From an uncultured Bdellovibrionales bacterium (GTDB taxonomy: Bacteria; Patescibacteriota; Minisyncoccia; Moranbacterales; UBA1568), in assembly GCA_964597355.1 (NCBI GenBank), contig CAZQWS010000005.1, positions 903 to 64,902 of the forward strand: 64,000 nucleotides of DNA. The letters run 5' to 3'. Below are positions 1 through 10,420 of the stretch, one piece after another (position 1 is the stretch's first letter; each line of letters opens with the position of its first letter). The notes under the pieces were generated by a model that worked only from the letters and a program-made list of their open reading frames with translations, made no database searches and was not told the DNA's origin. The position numbers and the translations under genes are program-made.

Positions 1-208
1 TCTCGCTCATATCATTACTCGAATTACGTTTACCGGGGCGCTGTTTCTCGGACTGATTGCAATCCTTCCATTGGTGGTTCAGGGTATGACGGGGATTCAG
101 GCACTCTCAATCGGTGGCGTGAGTATCCTTATTGTCGTTTCGGTTGTGCTCGAACTCGTGAAGCATATCCAGAGCCAGCTCATGATGCGAAGCTATGAGG
201 CTTTTTAA
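1..208 (+). CDS. secY: preprotein translocase SecY, C-terminal end (partial at window edge)
   Basis: Frame 2 translation '...GIQALSIGGVSILIVVSVVLELVKHIQSQLMMRSYEAF*' matches the conserved SecY C-terminus; followed by adk and map as in the spc operon. Confidence 0.85.
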   Translation, partial: LAHIITRITFTGALFLGLIAILPLVVQGMTGIQALSIGGVSILIVVSVVLELVKHIQSQLMMRSYEAF

Positions 209-297
209 TAATTTCAAATTTTAAATGCTAAATTTTAAAATAAGTTCAAATTTTTGACTTTTAAAATTTGAAATTTAAATTTTGATATTACTCTACC

Positions 298-963
298 ATG
301 TCTATTGAAGACGACGTCTATATACTCTTGGGTTCAGCGGGGAGCGGCAAAAGCACTCAAGCAGAACTCCTCAAAAGTTCGCTCCACCTGGTACACATTG
401 ATATCGGTTCCGAACTTCGAGCAGTAGCGGCGCATGATACTCCTTTGGGCCGTCAGGTTAATGACATTATCAATGTAAAGCATGAATTTGTTCCAGATGA
501 GGTAGTGTTTGCGGTGCTCGTTGATGCGGTGCACTCGGTACCCGAATCAGTCGGGCTTCTGATTGATGGTATCCCTCGTCGTGAAAGTCAAATCCAAAAG
601 GTGTTGGATCTCCTCAAAGAGACTGGACGAAATCTCCGTAATGTCATCTTTATTGACGTACCAGAGGCGGTATCGGTGGAACGTATTTCAAGACGCTATG
701 CTTGTGAGAGTTGCAAGCGTCCGTATATTCTTGGTAAAAACTTAATTAACCCCGCTCGGCCTTGTCGCTACTGTGGCGGCAAGATTTCCCAGCGGGCTGA
801 TGATACCGAAGAGGGGGTGCGCAAGCGCCATCAAATTTTTCGAGAGGAAACTTTGCCAGTAGTGAAATATTTCGAAAAAACTGGGCACTTACTTACGGTA
901 GATGGACGACAGGAGACGTATAAAGTGTTTAAACAAATCTTAGAAGCAGTTCGCCCAGAGTAA
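298..963 (+). CDS. adk: adenylate kinase
   Basis: P-loop 'LLGSAGSGKSTQAELL', zinc-lid CxxC...CxxC ('CESCKRPY...CRYCGG'); position secY-adk-map. Confidence 0.9.
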   Translation: MSIEDDVYILLGSAGSGKSTQAELLKSSLHLVHIDIGSELRAVAAHDTPLGRQVNDIINVKHEFVPDEVVFAVLVDAVHSVPESVGLLIDGIPRRESQIQKVLDLLKETGRNLRNVIFIDVPEAVSVERISRRYACESCKRPYILGKNLINPARPCRYCGGKISQRADDTEEGVRKRHQIFREETLPVVKYFEKTGHLLTVDGRQETYKVFKQILEAVRPE

Positions 964-1050
964 GCAGAAAAAGTATTAAGTATATCGTATAGAGTACTTA
1001 GTATTTCTGAGTTCAATACGAGATACGTCATACGGAATACGAAGAGAGGT

Positions 1051-1845
1051 ATGCCAAAAAAATGGATTAAAACCGAAACTGAACAAAAAGCCTTGCGCGA
1101 AGGAGGGCAGCTTTTGGCACGGATTCTTGAGGAACTTTCGGAGGCAGCTAAGCCAGGGGTAACTACCAAGATGATTGGTGATATGGCTGATACCAAGATT
1201 CGGGCACTTGGAGCGGATCCTATTTTCAAGGGTTACGGCAAGGCGTGGGGAGCACCACCATTTCCGGCAGCTATTTGTATTTCGCGCAATGAAGAAGTAG
1301 TCCATGGTATCCCACGTGCTGATGTCATTTTGGTCGCGGGGGACATCCTGAAGGTTGATATCGGGATGCGTTATCGGGGTATGGTGACGGATATGGCGAG
1401 AACGATTGCTGTCGGAGAAGTCTCGCCTGAAAAAAAGAAGTTACAAATAGTGGTAGAACAAGCACTCAATGCAGGGATAGCTGTACTCCGGCCTGGTGCG
1501 AAAATGGAGGATTACGCACAAGCCGTTGAACGCGTTACCAAACAGGCAGGTTTTTCGTGTGTTCGGGACTTGGTCGGTCATGGTGTTGGGCACGAGCTTC
1601 ACGAAGATCCACAGATTGCCAATTATACTCACTCTGGTCTCCCAAACTTTACTTTTGAAGCGGGGATGGTGGTAGCGCTTGAACCGATGATCAATGCCGG
1701 AACTTACCATGTCGAACTCGCTCCCGACGCTTGGACCTTTGTCACGGCAGATGACCGTCCTTCGGCTCATTGGGAAAACACCGTGCTTATTACGAAAGAG
1801 GGAGCTGAAGTGCTGACGCGTTGTAATGTTGAAAACCATGAATGA
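1051..1845 (+). CDS. map: methionine aminopeptidase type I
   Basis: 264 aa, pita-bread fold metal ligands pattern (D..D..H..E..E), conserved context after adk. Confidence 0.9.
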   Translation: MPKKWIKTETEQKALREGGQLLARILEELSEAAKPGVTTKMIGDMADTKIRALGADPIFKGYGKAWGAPPFPAAICISRNEEVVHGIPRADVILVAGDILKVDIGMRYRGMVTDMARTIAVGEVSPEKKKLQIVVEQALNAGIAVLRPGAKMEDYAQAVERVTKQAGFSCVRDLVGHGVGHELHEDPQIANYTHSGLPNFTFEAGMVVALEPMINAGTYHVELAPDAWTFVTADDRPSAHWENTVLITKEGAEVLTRCNVENHE

Positions 1846-2242
1846 GGATAAAAACTACCTTGGCCTTGACTGGGGTGAAAGCAAAGTAGGTGTGGCCTTG
1901 GCTCATGCTGAAACCAAAGTGGCCGTGGCCTGTGGCATTTTTAAAAATAATGAGGATCTTTTGGAAGAACTCGAACGGCTGGTGAAAAGCGAGACGATAG
2001 GAACAGTCATCATAGGGATTCCCAAACGGAAGGAATCACCAGAAGAATATCCGGCTAAGAAGTTTGGGCAAAACATTGCCAATATACTCGGGGTAAATGT
2101 TGTGTACACGAATGAAATGTTTACGACCAAACTAGCCCAAGACACACTCAAAGTTTTGGGAAAAAAGCAGCTGGGAGCGCAAGACGATAGTGAGGCGGCG
2201 AAAATTCTGCTTCAGGATTGGCTTGATCGAGAGGTATTATAG
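1826..2242 (+). CDS. yqgF: Holliday junction resolvase-like protein YqgF/RuvX (putative pre-16S rRNA nuclease)
   Basis: N-terminal 'YLGLDWGESKVGVALA' RNase H-like YqgF signature; 138 aa; overlaps map stop by 20 nt. Confidence 0.8.
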   Translation: MLKTMNEDKNYLGLDWGESKVGVALAHAETKVAVACGIFKNNEDLLEELERLVKSETIGTVIIGIPKRKESPEEYPAKKFGQNIANILGVNVVYTNEMFTTKLAQDTLKVLGKKQLGAQDDSEAAKILLQDWLDREVL

Positions 2243-2307
2243 GCTCTCTTATATTTGTGTTACAATAAAAACGTAATCCGGAGGTGCTTTGATCCGTCTT
2301 TTTTGTT

Positions 2308-3072
2308 ATGGAAACACCCTATTTGTCAGTGATTATCCCTGCCTATAAAGAAGGGGAACGTATTGGTCACAACTTGCTCGAAATTGATCGGTATCTCAAA
2401 GGGAGAACATATACCTACGAGATCGTGGTTGTCGTGGATGGGTCTCCTGACAATACCGCTGAAATAGCAAGAAATTATGCGTTGCAGATACCACACCTTC
2501 GTGTTATAGATAATGCTGAAAATCATGGTAAGGGCTATGTGGTTCGGCAGGGACTTCTGGAAGCGGTAGGTCAATGTCGGTTATTTTTAGATGCAGATGG
2601 ATCAACTTCGATTACACATCTTGATACGTTTCTTCCTGTTTTCCAAGAAGGGTATGATGTGGTGATTGGATCGCGTAAAATTTCGGGATCATTTATTCAG
2701 GTGCATCAACCGAAGATTCGTGAAATTATGGGACAAGGAGGGAATGTTCTTATTAAACTTGCGCTGGGATTGTGGCGATATCCGGATACCCAGTGTGGTT
2801 TCAAAATGCTTTCTGCTCCCGCTGCCGAAGCTGTCGCAAAACGCATGGTAGTTGATCGGTTTGGATTTGATTTTGAGCTCATCGCTCTGGCTCACGCGCT
2901 CAAATTCAAAGTAAAACAACTGCCTGTTCGTTGGATGAATGAAGAAGGATCGACCGTAGGTGGACTTGTTGGCCCTAACGGATTTATACAAGTACTTATT
3001 GATTTATTCAAAACAAAATGGCGCTTTATTACAGGGCAATATCGTATTGGCACTCCTACGGAGCAGCTCTAA
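2308..3072 (+). CDS. glycosyltransferase family 2 (dolichyl/polyprenyl-phosphate sugar transferase-like)
   Basis: 'LSVIIPAYKEGERIG' GT2 N-terminus, 'VVVVDGSPD' and 'LDADGS' DxD-type motifs. Confidence 0.8.
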   Translation: METPYLSVIIPAYKEGERIGHNLLEIDRYLKGRTYTYEIVVVVDGSPDNTAEIARNYALQIPHLRVIDNAENHGKGYVVRQGLLEAVGQCRLFLDADGSTSITHLDTFLPVFQEGYDVVIGSRKISGSFIQVHQPKIREIMGQGGNVLIKLALGLWRYPDTQCGFKMLSAPAAEAVAKRMVVDRFGFDFELIALAHALKFKVKQLPVRWMNEEGSTVGGLVGPNGFIQVLIDLFKTKWRFITGQYRIGTPTEQL

Positions 3073-3111
3073 AGATTTCTCGAGAGAAGTAGTTTCAAAA
3101 ACACAAATATC

Positions 3112-4143
3112 ATGCAGATTCCCATCGAAAATAAAAAAACAACGAAGCCAGCCGAATCTGAACTCCGTCAAGATATCGTTACTGGTGACTGGGTGATTAT
3201 CGCTACCGCTCGGGCCAAACGCCCGGATGAATTTGTGGCTGGTAAACGCGCTGAACCCGATGAAGGACTGAGTATTTTCGAACGAGCCGAAGAAACAAAA
3301 CAAGAGAAAGATGTCCTTATTTATCGTCAAGGTGATGATGAGTGGAGTCTCCGAGTGTTCCCCAATAAATACCCAGCGGTTTCTCGTGGTCGAGCAGCTC
3401 GTTCTCTTGAGGAAGGGCCGTATTTCGCCATGACGGGCGTGGGGTATCATGAACTTGTGGTTACGAAAGATCGTAAGCGTCATCTGGCGCTCCTCGAAAC
3501 CTGGCAAGTAGCGGAGGTGCTGGATGCCTATCAGGAACGTTATCTTGCCCTGATGAATAAGGCGAATATCAAGTATATTCAGGTTTTTCATAATCATGGC
3601 AAGGAGGCGGGAGCATCTGTGACTCACCCTCACTCCCAAATTATGGCTATACCAGTACTCTCTCCGTATGTGAAGAGTATCCTCGAAGGGGCAGAAGGTT
3701 TTTACAAGAGTCACCGTGAACGAGTCTATACGATGATGATAGAGTATGAGCGTGAGGTTGAAAAACGGGTTGTTTTTGAGAATGATGACTTTATAGTGTT
3801 TACCCCATTTGCTTCACGGGCAGCTTTCGAACTTTGGGTAGTCGGTAAACGTCCCAATGCATATTTTGAACGGATTACTGAGGAAGAGAAATTTACGTGT
3901 GCAGAAGCGCTCCAGAAAGCTCTGCAGGCACTCTTCTATGGACTAGAAAATCCAGCGTACAACTTCTATCTCTACACGGCGCCTGCCTCAGGAGAGGACT
4001 ACCCACACTTCCAGTGGCATATTCAAATTTTGCCTCGTACTAGTACCTGGGCTGGTTTTGAGCTTTCTACGGGAATTGAGGTTTCTACGATTCAGCCTGA
4101 GATAGCGGCTGAATACTTGCGTTCCAAACTAGCTTCCCACTAG
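3112..4143 (+). CDS. galT: galactose-1-phosphate uridylyltransferase (HIT family, GalT type)
   Basis: HIT motif 'HPHSQIMAIPV', two half-domain architecture, 'FENDDFIVFTPFASRAAFELWV' typical of GalT. Confidence 0.8.
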   Translation: MQIPIENKKTTKPAESELRQDIVTGDWVIIATARAKRPDEFVAGKRAEPDEGLSIFERAEETKQEKDVLIYRQGDDEWSLRVFPNKYPAVSRGRAARSLEEGPYFAMTGVGYHELVVTKDRKRHLALLETWQVAEVLDAYQERYLALMNKANIKYIQVFHNHGKEAGASVTHPHSQIMAIPVLSPYVKSILEGAEGFYKSHRERVYTMMIEYEREVEKRVVFENDDFIVFTPFASRAAFELWVVGKRPNAYFERITEEEKFTCAEALQKALQALFYGLENPAYNFYLYTAPASGEDYPHFQWHIQILPRTSTWAGFELSTGIEVSTIQPEIAAEYLRSKLASH

Positions 4144-4150
4144 CCGTCTT

Positions 4151-4939
4151 ATGAAAGATTTTCTTGTGGTCGGTAACCTCAAAATGAATCTACTCTCTGA
4201 GAGTGAGAGTGAGCATTATCTGTCGGAGTTGCGAAAAGCAGCTTATGGGAAACATTTCGCACAGGTTACGGGGGTAATTGCCCCACCGTTTGTCCACCTC
4301 TATCGTTTTGCTCACTTGCCGACTCACTTCTCGCTCGCTGCTCAAGATATGCACTGGGAAAAAAGTGGAGCAGCAACGGGATCAATTTCACCACTCATGC
4401 TCAAAAGTTTTGGGGTGAGCTATGTGATTTTGGGACACAGTGAACGGCGCAGTACGCTTGGAGAAATTGATGCTTTAGTACGTACCAAAGTTGATGCAGC
4501 GCTCAAGCATAATTTGACCCCTATCGTTTGCATCGGAGAAACCCGAGAAGAGCGCGATCGAGATGAAACAACCCGCGTGGTTACGCGGCAACTCGAAACA
4601 ACCTTTGCTGGGCTATCATCGTTTCAAGCAGAAAAAGTGATTATTGCCTACGAACCTCGTTGGGCGATCAGTACAAGTGGCACGGGGCAAATTCCGACCA
4701 CTACGGATATTTTTCAGGTAAAAGTATTTATCCGCAAGTGGTTTACGGAGCACTTTGATGCGAGGGTAGCAGACAAAATCCAAGTCCTTTATGGTGGTTC
4801 AGTTAATAGCATGCTTTTGCCAGCGCTATCTTGGGAAGCAGAAATGGACGGAGTGTTGGTGGGTAAGGAAAGTCTTTTTCCTCGTGAACTTGTCAAAATG
4901 ATGGAGATGGCTGGACAATATTTCAAAACAGTTACTTAG
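4151..4939 (+). CDS. tpiA: triosephosphate isomerase
   Basis: 'VVGNLKMN', 'ILGHSERR', 'YEPRWAISTSG', 'YGGSV' TIM signatures. Confidence 0.9.
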   Translation: MKDFLVVGNLKMNLLSESESEHYLSELRKAAYGKHFAQVTGVIAPPFVHLYRFAHLPTHFSLAAQDMHWEKSGAATGSISPLMLKSFGVSYVILGHSERRSTLGEIDALVRTKVDAALKHNLTPIVCIGETREERDRDETTRVVTRQLETTFAGLSSFQAEKVIIAYEPRWAISTSGTGQIPTTTDIFQVKVFIRKWFTEHFDARVADKIQVLYGGSVNSMLLPALSWEAEMDGVLVGKESLFPRELVKMMEMAGQYFKTVT

Positions 4940-4949
4940 ATAATGGTGT

Positions 4950-5816
4950 ATGATCGTATCATCTACAAAAATCTTGCTCGAAGCACAGGCTGGTAAGTAC
5001 GCCCTAGGCGCTTTTAATACGGTGAATCTTGAAACAACTCGTGCCATTCTTGAAGCGGCTGCCGAGTTACGTTCCCCGGTGATTATTCAGATGACTGAGA
5101 AGACGTTCCAATACGCGGGCGGGCGTGCTATGTACCACCTGGTAAAAAATTTAGCAGATTTTTATTTTCCTGATATCCCATTGGCGATCCATCTTGATCA
5201 TGGGCGTAATACGGCGGTGGTGCGAGAAGCGTTGGCCATTGGATTCAAGTCAGTGATGATGGATGCTTCGACACTTTCCTATGAAGAAAATGTGGCGATG
5301 ACGACTGAAATTGTAACTGAGGCGCATAGCAAGGGAGCGGTAGTCCAAGGAGAGCTGGGTAACGTGCCTTACAAGGGTGAAATTGCTGATACCGATACCA
5401 TGGATTGGGATAAATATATGACCAACCCATCTCAGGCGGAGGACTATGTTCGAGCGACCAATGTGGATGCTCTCGCCATCGCTATTGGTAATGCCCATGG
5501 CAGCTTCCCAGAGCGGCCAGAGCCGGACTTTGATCGACTCATTGCTATGAGTAAACTAGTCAAGCTACCACTCGTGTTACATGGAGCATCGGACTGGGAA
5601 GCAGCCAATGTGAAGCGGGCGATCGAGCTTGGGATCACTTGTTTTAATGTGGAAACGGCAACGAAGGCGGCCTTTATTGAAACCTTACGAGAGACACTCC
5701 CAACCAATGAAGCGGTTGATATCAGAAAAATTCTGATGCCAGCTCGGGAAGCCTTTAAAGAAGCGGTGAAAAAGAAGATGGAACTGTTCGGTTCGGCGGG
5801 TAAGGCAACAGCGTAA
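4950..5816 (+). CDS. fba: fructose-bisphosphate aldolase class II
   Basis: 'AGKYALGAFN' N-terminus and metal-binding 'LAIHLDHG' of class II FBA/tagatose-bisphosphate aldolase family. Confidence 0.85.
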   Translation: MIVSSTKILLEAQAGKYALGAFNTVNLETTRAILEAAAELRSPVIIQMTEKTFQYAGGRAMYHLVKNLADFYFPDIPLAIHLDHGRNTAVVREALAIGFKSVMMDASTLSYEENVAMTTEIVTEAHSKGAVVQGELGNVPYKGEIADTDTMDWDKYMTNPSQAEDYVRATNVDALAIAIGNAHGSFPERPEPDFDRLIAMSKLVKLPLVLHGASDWEAANVKRAIELGITCFNVETATKAAFIETLRETLPTNEAVDIRKILMPAREAFKEAVKKKMELFGSAGKATA

Positions 5817-5838
5817 TTTCTCTAAATGCTTTAGGATC

Positions 5839-6864
5839 ATGGAAACAAAAAAGATACGGGTGGCCATCAATGGGTTTGGACGGATTGGTCGAGCAGCTTT
5901 TAAGATCGCGTTGGAAAAACCGCAACTCGAAATTGTTGCTATCAATGACCTGACGGAGCCAGAAATTTTGGCCAACCTCTTGGCGCATGATACGGCATAC
6001 GGGAATTACCGTAAGTCGATTGAAATAGAGGCTGGGAAGCTCATTGTAGCTGGTAAAGAGTTTTCGGTTTACGCCGAACCAGATCCAGAGAAACTCCCTT
6101 GGAAAGATCTTGATGTGGATGTGGTGCTTGAGTGCACTGGGCGTTTTACCGATAAAACAGCGGCCAGTGAACACATCAAGGCTGGTGCCAAGCGTGTCGT
6201 GCTTTCAGCTCCAGCTAAAGGGGAGGACGCGTCGCTCCCGACCTATCTTATCGGTGTGAACAATGAAAAGTACGCCAAAGATGAAGTGATTTCCAATGCT
6301 TCTTGCACGACGAACTCTCTCGCTCCAGTAGCCCAGATTATTCACGAAAAATTTGGAATTGAGAAGGCACTTATGACAACGATTCACTCGTACACTGCTG
6401 ATCAGAGTCTACAGGATGGACCGCACAAGGACTTGCGTCGGGCTCGGGCGGCGGCTCACAACATCGTCCCGACCACGACGGGAGCGGCAATTGCGGTGAC
6501 CCAAGTGATGCCAGAGCTTGAAGGGCACTTTGATGGATTGTCGATCCGTGTACCAACGATCGTAGTGTCTCTTTCAGATTGTACGTTTCTTTTGAAAAAC
6601 AAAACGACTAAAGAAGAGATTAATCAGGTTTTGGTGGAGGCGAGTCGCAACCCACGGTATGCGCATATTTTGGCAGTAACCAGCGAGCCACTCGTTTCTT
6701 CTGATTTCATCGGTGATCCGCACTCGGCTATCGTTGATTTATCACTTACCAAGGTGATTGATGGCGATCTCGTAAAAATTGTTGCGTGGTATGATAACGA
6801 ATGGGGATATTCCAATCGCTTAGTAGAAATGGCCATGCTCGTGGGCAATGGCATTTCACAGTAA
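5839..6864 (+). CDS. gap: glyceraldehyde-3-phosphate dehydrogenase
   Basis: Rossmann 'VAINGFGRIGR', catalytic 'SNASCTTNSLAP'. Confidence 0.9.
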   Translation: METKKIRVAINGFGRIGRAAFKIALEKPQLEIVAINDLTEPEILANLLAHDTAYGNYRKSIEIEAGKLIVAGKEFSVYAEPDPEKLPWKDLDVDVVLECTGRFTDKTAASEHIKAGAKRVVLSAPAKGEDASLPTYLIGVNNEKYAKDEVISNASCTTNSLAPVAQIIHEKFGIEKALMTTIHSYTADQSLQDGPHKDLRRARAAAHNIVPTTTGAAIAVTQVMPELEGHFDGLSIRVPTIVVSLSDCTFLLKNKTTKEEINQVLVEASRNPRYAHILAVTSEPLVSSDFIGDPHSAIVDLSLTKVIDGDLVKIVAWYDNEWGYSNRLVEMAMLVGNGISQ

Positions 6865-6867
6865 CGT

Positions 6868-8469
6868 ATGTATGATGTCGCCATCCGACGAGGTACTTTG
6901 GTAGACGGTTCTGGTCAGCCGATGTTTTTGGGTGACTTGGGTATTAAAGAAGGGCGGATTGTGGCAATGGGAGAGGTGGTTGGCAGTACGGAACGATTGA
7001 TCGATGCCGAAGGAGCGTACGTCACTCCAGGTTTTATTGATGTGAACAATCATTCTGATACGTATTGGGCGCTCATGGCCGATCCAAGTCTGGAGAGTCT
7101 TTTGTACCAGGGTATCACGACAGTGATTGGTGGAAACTCTGGATCGTCTCTGGCCCCACTCACTCGAGCTGAAGATATTCGTTCAATTCAGAAATGGACT
7201 GATGTTGATAAGATCAACTTCAATTGGCTTAGCATGAAAGAGTTTTTGCAGTCAGTGGAGAGACGCGAACCAGCAGTGAACTTTGCGACGCTCGTGGGGC
7301 ATGGGACACTTCGTCGTGGGGCGATGCAGGATGAAACGAGGCCGATTCATGATGATGAGGTCCGGGTCATGGAAAAGCTCCTCAAAGAATCGCTCCATGC
7401 AGGAGCCTTGGGGTTTTCGACCGGACTGCTTTATACGCATGCTCGTGGGGCACATATCAATGAAATTTTGAAGCTCGTAGAGCTCGTTCATGATGAAAAG
7501 GGGGTTTATGCCACCTATGTCCGCAATGAAGGGGAGGGGCTTGTCAAAGCCGTGGAAGAAGCTATTACGGTGGCGAGGAAAACGAATGTACCACTTCATA
7601 TTTCCCATTTGAAAGCGGTGGGTAAAAATAACTGGTCCCTCATGGACGAAGTATTTAACCTTATCGAAGCAGCAGCTCTTGGTGATCTCGATATTTCCTT
7701 TGACGTCTATCCGTACACGACGACAGGTTCAGTGCTGTATACGTTCTTACCAACGTGGATTACGGAAAATGGTCGTAAACTCATGTTGGCTCGTCTCAGA
7801 GATGAAAAGGTGCGTCAAACAGTCGTTGAAGAAATGCGAAAGAACGAAGTAGACTACTCCGCCATGATGCTTTCAGTGACCAATCTTGGAAGAATGCTTT
7901 CGCGGCGCAAAATATCTGATATTGCCTTGCTTCAAAACAAGAGCCCAGAAGAAGTAGTTATCGACGTCTTGCTTGCGAGTGAAGGCCGGGCGATTGTCTC
8001 GATCGAATCACTCTCCGAAAAGAATGTGATGAAGGCGATTCAACACCCATTTTCTATCATCAGTTCCAATGGTTCTGGATACTCCAAAGAACATGCTGAA
8101 ACAGGTGACTTGGTCCATCCGAGAAACTTTGGGACTTTCCCACGGATTTTTGCTGAGTATGTGAGGCGCCATCGGGCACTTTCTTGGGAAGAAGCCATCC
8201 ATAAAATGACGGGGAAACCTGCCAAGAAGTTTGGTTTAGAGAATCGTGGAATCCTCGCTCCGGGCAATGTGGCTGACATCGCGGTGTTTTTCCCAGGGAA
8301 AATTGCTGATCAGGCAACGCTTGAAAATCCGTATCAGTATGCAGTCGGCATGGAATGGCTTCTCGTGAATGGTGTTCCAGTGATTGAAAATGGAGCTTAC
8401 AATGAGAAGCGGCCCGGCCGGGTTTATCGCGAACCCCATGGTTGGTGGCATGGAAAGCTGCCTTTTTAG
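6868..8469 (+). CDS. N-acyl-D-amino-acid deacylase (D-aminoacylase) family amidohydrolase
   Basis: N-terminus 'YDVAIRRGTLVDGSGQP...GIKEGRIVAMG...YVTPGFIDVNNHSD' typical of D-aminoacylase/DHOase-like metal-dependent hydrolases; 533 aa. Confidence 0.75.
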   Translation: MYDVAIRRGTLVDGSGQPMFLGDLGIKEGRIVAMGEVVGSTERLIDAEGAYVTPGFIDVNNHSDTYWALMADPSLESLLYQGITTVIGGNSGSSLAPLTRAEDIRSIQKWTDVDKINFNWLSMKEFLQSVERREPAVNFATLVGHGTLRRGAMQDETRPIHDDEVRVMEKLLKESLHAGALGFSTGLLYTHARGAHINEILKLVELVHDEKGVYATYVRNEGEGLVKAVEEAITVARKTNVPLHISHLKAVGKNNWSLMDEVFNLIEAAALGDLDISFDVYPYTTTGSVLYTFLPTWITENGRKLMLARLRDEKVRQTVVEEMRKNEVDYSAMMLSVTNLGRMLSRRKISDIALLQNKSPEEVVIDVLLASEGRAIVSIESLSEKNVMKAIQHPFSIISSNGSGYSKEHAETGDLVHPRNFGTFPRIFAEYVRRHRALSWEEAIHKMTGKPAKKFGLENRGILAPGNVADIAVFFPGKIADQATLENPYQYAVGMEWLLVNGVPVIENGAYNEKRPGRVYREPHGWWHGKLPF

Positions 8470-8667
8470 GATATTCTCCTTGCTTGCCTCGCTCCCTCTT
8501 TTCCTCTATGCTGGAGACTCTTTTAGCTCACAGTCTATGTCCGGCAGTGAAATCTCGGCCGGAGAAACAGGGTAGAGAATGAGATGGAAGATAGGGGTGT
8601 TTATTGGTAAATTGTGGGGGGAAGTTCTATTTTTTGAAATAAGAAGTCGAGATTTTACTAATCAGAT

Positions 8668-10071
8668 ATGCTTAAAAAAGATTTTTTCAAAGGCAAGCGA
8701 GTTACTGTGTTTGGTGTTGGCTTGAATGGAGGAGCTCTCGGTGCAATTGAATTTCTCATCCAGTCGGGCGTTCGGGAGGTAATTGCTACAGATATCCGAA
8801 GTCGAGAAGAACTCGCTCCAACACTCGAAAAGCTCAAGAAATACAAAAATATCGTCTATGTTCTCGGTCAGCACCGACCTGAGGATTTTATGAATGTCGA
8901 CATGGTAGTAAAGACGCCTGGTATTCCATGGACCAACGAGTATGTGAAACGAGCGGTAGAAAAAAAGATTCCTGTGGAGACCGATGCTAGTCTCTTTTTC
9001 CAAATGGTGAAAAATAAGACCATTGCAGTAACGGGAACGCGAGGAAAATCAACGACGGCTTCGCTCATAGCCCATATACTCGAACAATCGGGGAAACCAG
9101 TGGTGCGGGTGGGGATTAATCAAATTGGCTTCTTAAGCGAACTCGGGAAAATAACTCCAGAGAGCATTATTGTCGCAGAACTCTCCTCTTGGCGTCTTTC
9201 TTCACTTCGTAAAATAGAGTGGCGGCCAGATATTTCTGTCGTCACCAATCTCTTTCCTGACCATCAAAACTACTACAAGAGCATGGAAGCGTATGCGAAG
9301 GATAAGCAGGTTATTCTTGAATTTCAGAAAGAGACGGATACTGCGGTACTTAACTTCGATCATGAAGTCGTGCGAAGTTGGGGTGAAAAAGCTTTAGCGA
9401 AACGGTATTTCTTCTCTCAGTCAGGGCAGTCTCTGGAAAACGGCGTGAGTCTTGTAAACGGCGAGGCGGTTGAATACGTTCATGGTGTGATCCAGCCATT
9501 ATGCTCACTCGTGACGCCGTTCTTGGTAGGGGAGCACAATAAAGCCAACGTACTCTCGAGCGTGGCAGCTACGCATGCGCTTGGTATTCCAGGAGAAAAA
9601 ATCCAAAAGGCCCTAGAAACATTCCATGGCCTTCCCCATCGATTTGAGTTCGTAACTACCAAAAATGATATTACCTATATCAATGATACGGCTGCGACTT
9701 CGCCAGATGCATTAGTCGCTGCGCTCAATACTTTGACGACCCCAGCCGTGCTCATTGCTGGTGGAGCTGACAAAAATTTTGATTTCACGAGCCTTGTCCC
9801 GGTCATGTATGAAAAGACAAAGGCCATCATTCTTTTCAAAGGAACCGGAACAGAAAAGTTGTTACCACTCTTGGAAAAGTACGCTAAAGAGAAAGGGGAG
9901 GAGCGCATCTTTCCTGTAGTTGGTTCGATGCGTGATGCTGTCACGGTGGCCGAAGAAAATGCCGAAGCGGGAGATACCATCCTTCTCTCCCCAGGGATGG
10001 CGAGCTTTGGGATCTTCAAGAACGAGTTTGATCGCGGGGAACAATTTCGCCAGGCGGTCAAAGAGATGTAG
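8668..10071 (+). CDS. murD: UDP-N-acetylmuramoylalanine--D-glutamate ligase
   Basis: 'KRVTVFGVGLNGGA', Mur ligase P-loop 'AVTGTRGKSTT', 467 aa. Confidence 0.85.
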   Translation: MLKKDFFKGKRVTVFGVGLNGGALGAIEFLIQSGVREVIATDIRSREELAPTLEKLKKYKNIVYVLGQHRPEDFMNVDMVVKTPGIPWTNEYVKRAVEKKIPVETDASLFFQMVKNKTIAVTGTRGKSTTASLIAHILEQSGKPVVRVGINQIGFLSELGKITPESIIVAELSSWRLSSLRKIEWRPDISVVTNLFPDHQNYYKSMEAYAKDKQVILEFQKETDTAVLNFDHEVVRSWGEKALAKRYFFSQSGQSLENGVSLVNGEAVEYVHGVIQPLCSLVTPFLVGEHNKANVLSSVAATHALGIPGEKIQKALETFHGLPHRFEFVTTKNDITYINDTAATSPDALVAALNTLTTPAVLIAGGADKNFDFTSLVPVMYEKTKAIILFKGTGTEKLLPLLEKYAKEKGEERIFPVVGSMRDAVTVAEENAEAGDTILLSPGMASFGIFKNEFDRGEQFRQAVKEM

Positions 10072-10080
10072 TGTCCATAT

Positions 10081-10109
10081 TTGACTTTTTTATCCAGGAT
10101 GCTAATATA
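10081..10109 (+). promoter_or_regulatory. sigma70-like promoter for the csoR-like gene (-35 TTGACT, 17-nt spacer, -10 TAATAT)
   Basis: TTGACT at 10081-10086 and TAATAT at 10104-10109, 30 nt upstream of the ATG. Confidence 0.5.
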
Positions 10110-10125
10110 CCCATAGAGGGTATAT
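10105..10125. promoter_or_regulatory. CsoR-family operator dyad ATATACCC-N5-GGGTATAT
   Basis: Perfect 8-bp inverted repeat 'atataccc ataga gggtatat' overlapping the -10/TSS immediately upstream of the CsoR/RcnR-family repressor gene; matches the ATACCC..GGGTAT architecture of CsoR-type sites. Confidence 0.6.
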
Positions 10126-10137
10126 TTTTCTTTTCCT

Positions 10138-10386
10138 ATGCCAAATGCAAAAATAACTAATCCTGTCTTTTCCCGCATCGCTCGGATTGAGGGACAGCTT
10201 AAGGGTGTGCGGCGCATGGTTGAGGAAAAGAAAGATTGTCTTCAGGTAATCACGCAGATTCAAGCTATCCGCGAAGCGGTCGCTATGCTTGGGGTAGAGC
10301 TCCTCAAGGATGACATTGCCTGTAAGTGGGATGGCAAGAAGAAGATCGATGAAGGCTATCTCAAATCCTTGTTCAAAATGCAGTAG
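10138..10386 (+). CDS. metal/thiol-sensing transcriptional repressor, CsoR/RcnR/FrmR (DUF156) family
   Basis: 82 aa all-helical protein, conserved Cys in 'EKKDCLQVITQIQAIREA' helix alpha2 and a second Cys 'DIACKW'; no intervening His (two-Cys CstR/FrmR-like variant). Confidence 0.7.
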   Translation: MPNAKITNPVFSRIARIEGQLKGVRRMVEEKKDCLQVITQIQAIREAVAMLGVELLKDDIACKWDGKKKIDEGYLKSLFKMQ

Positions 10387-10420
10387 TTCTTTATTTGTAA
10401 CGTAACTAGTGGAGACGCGT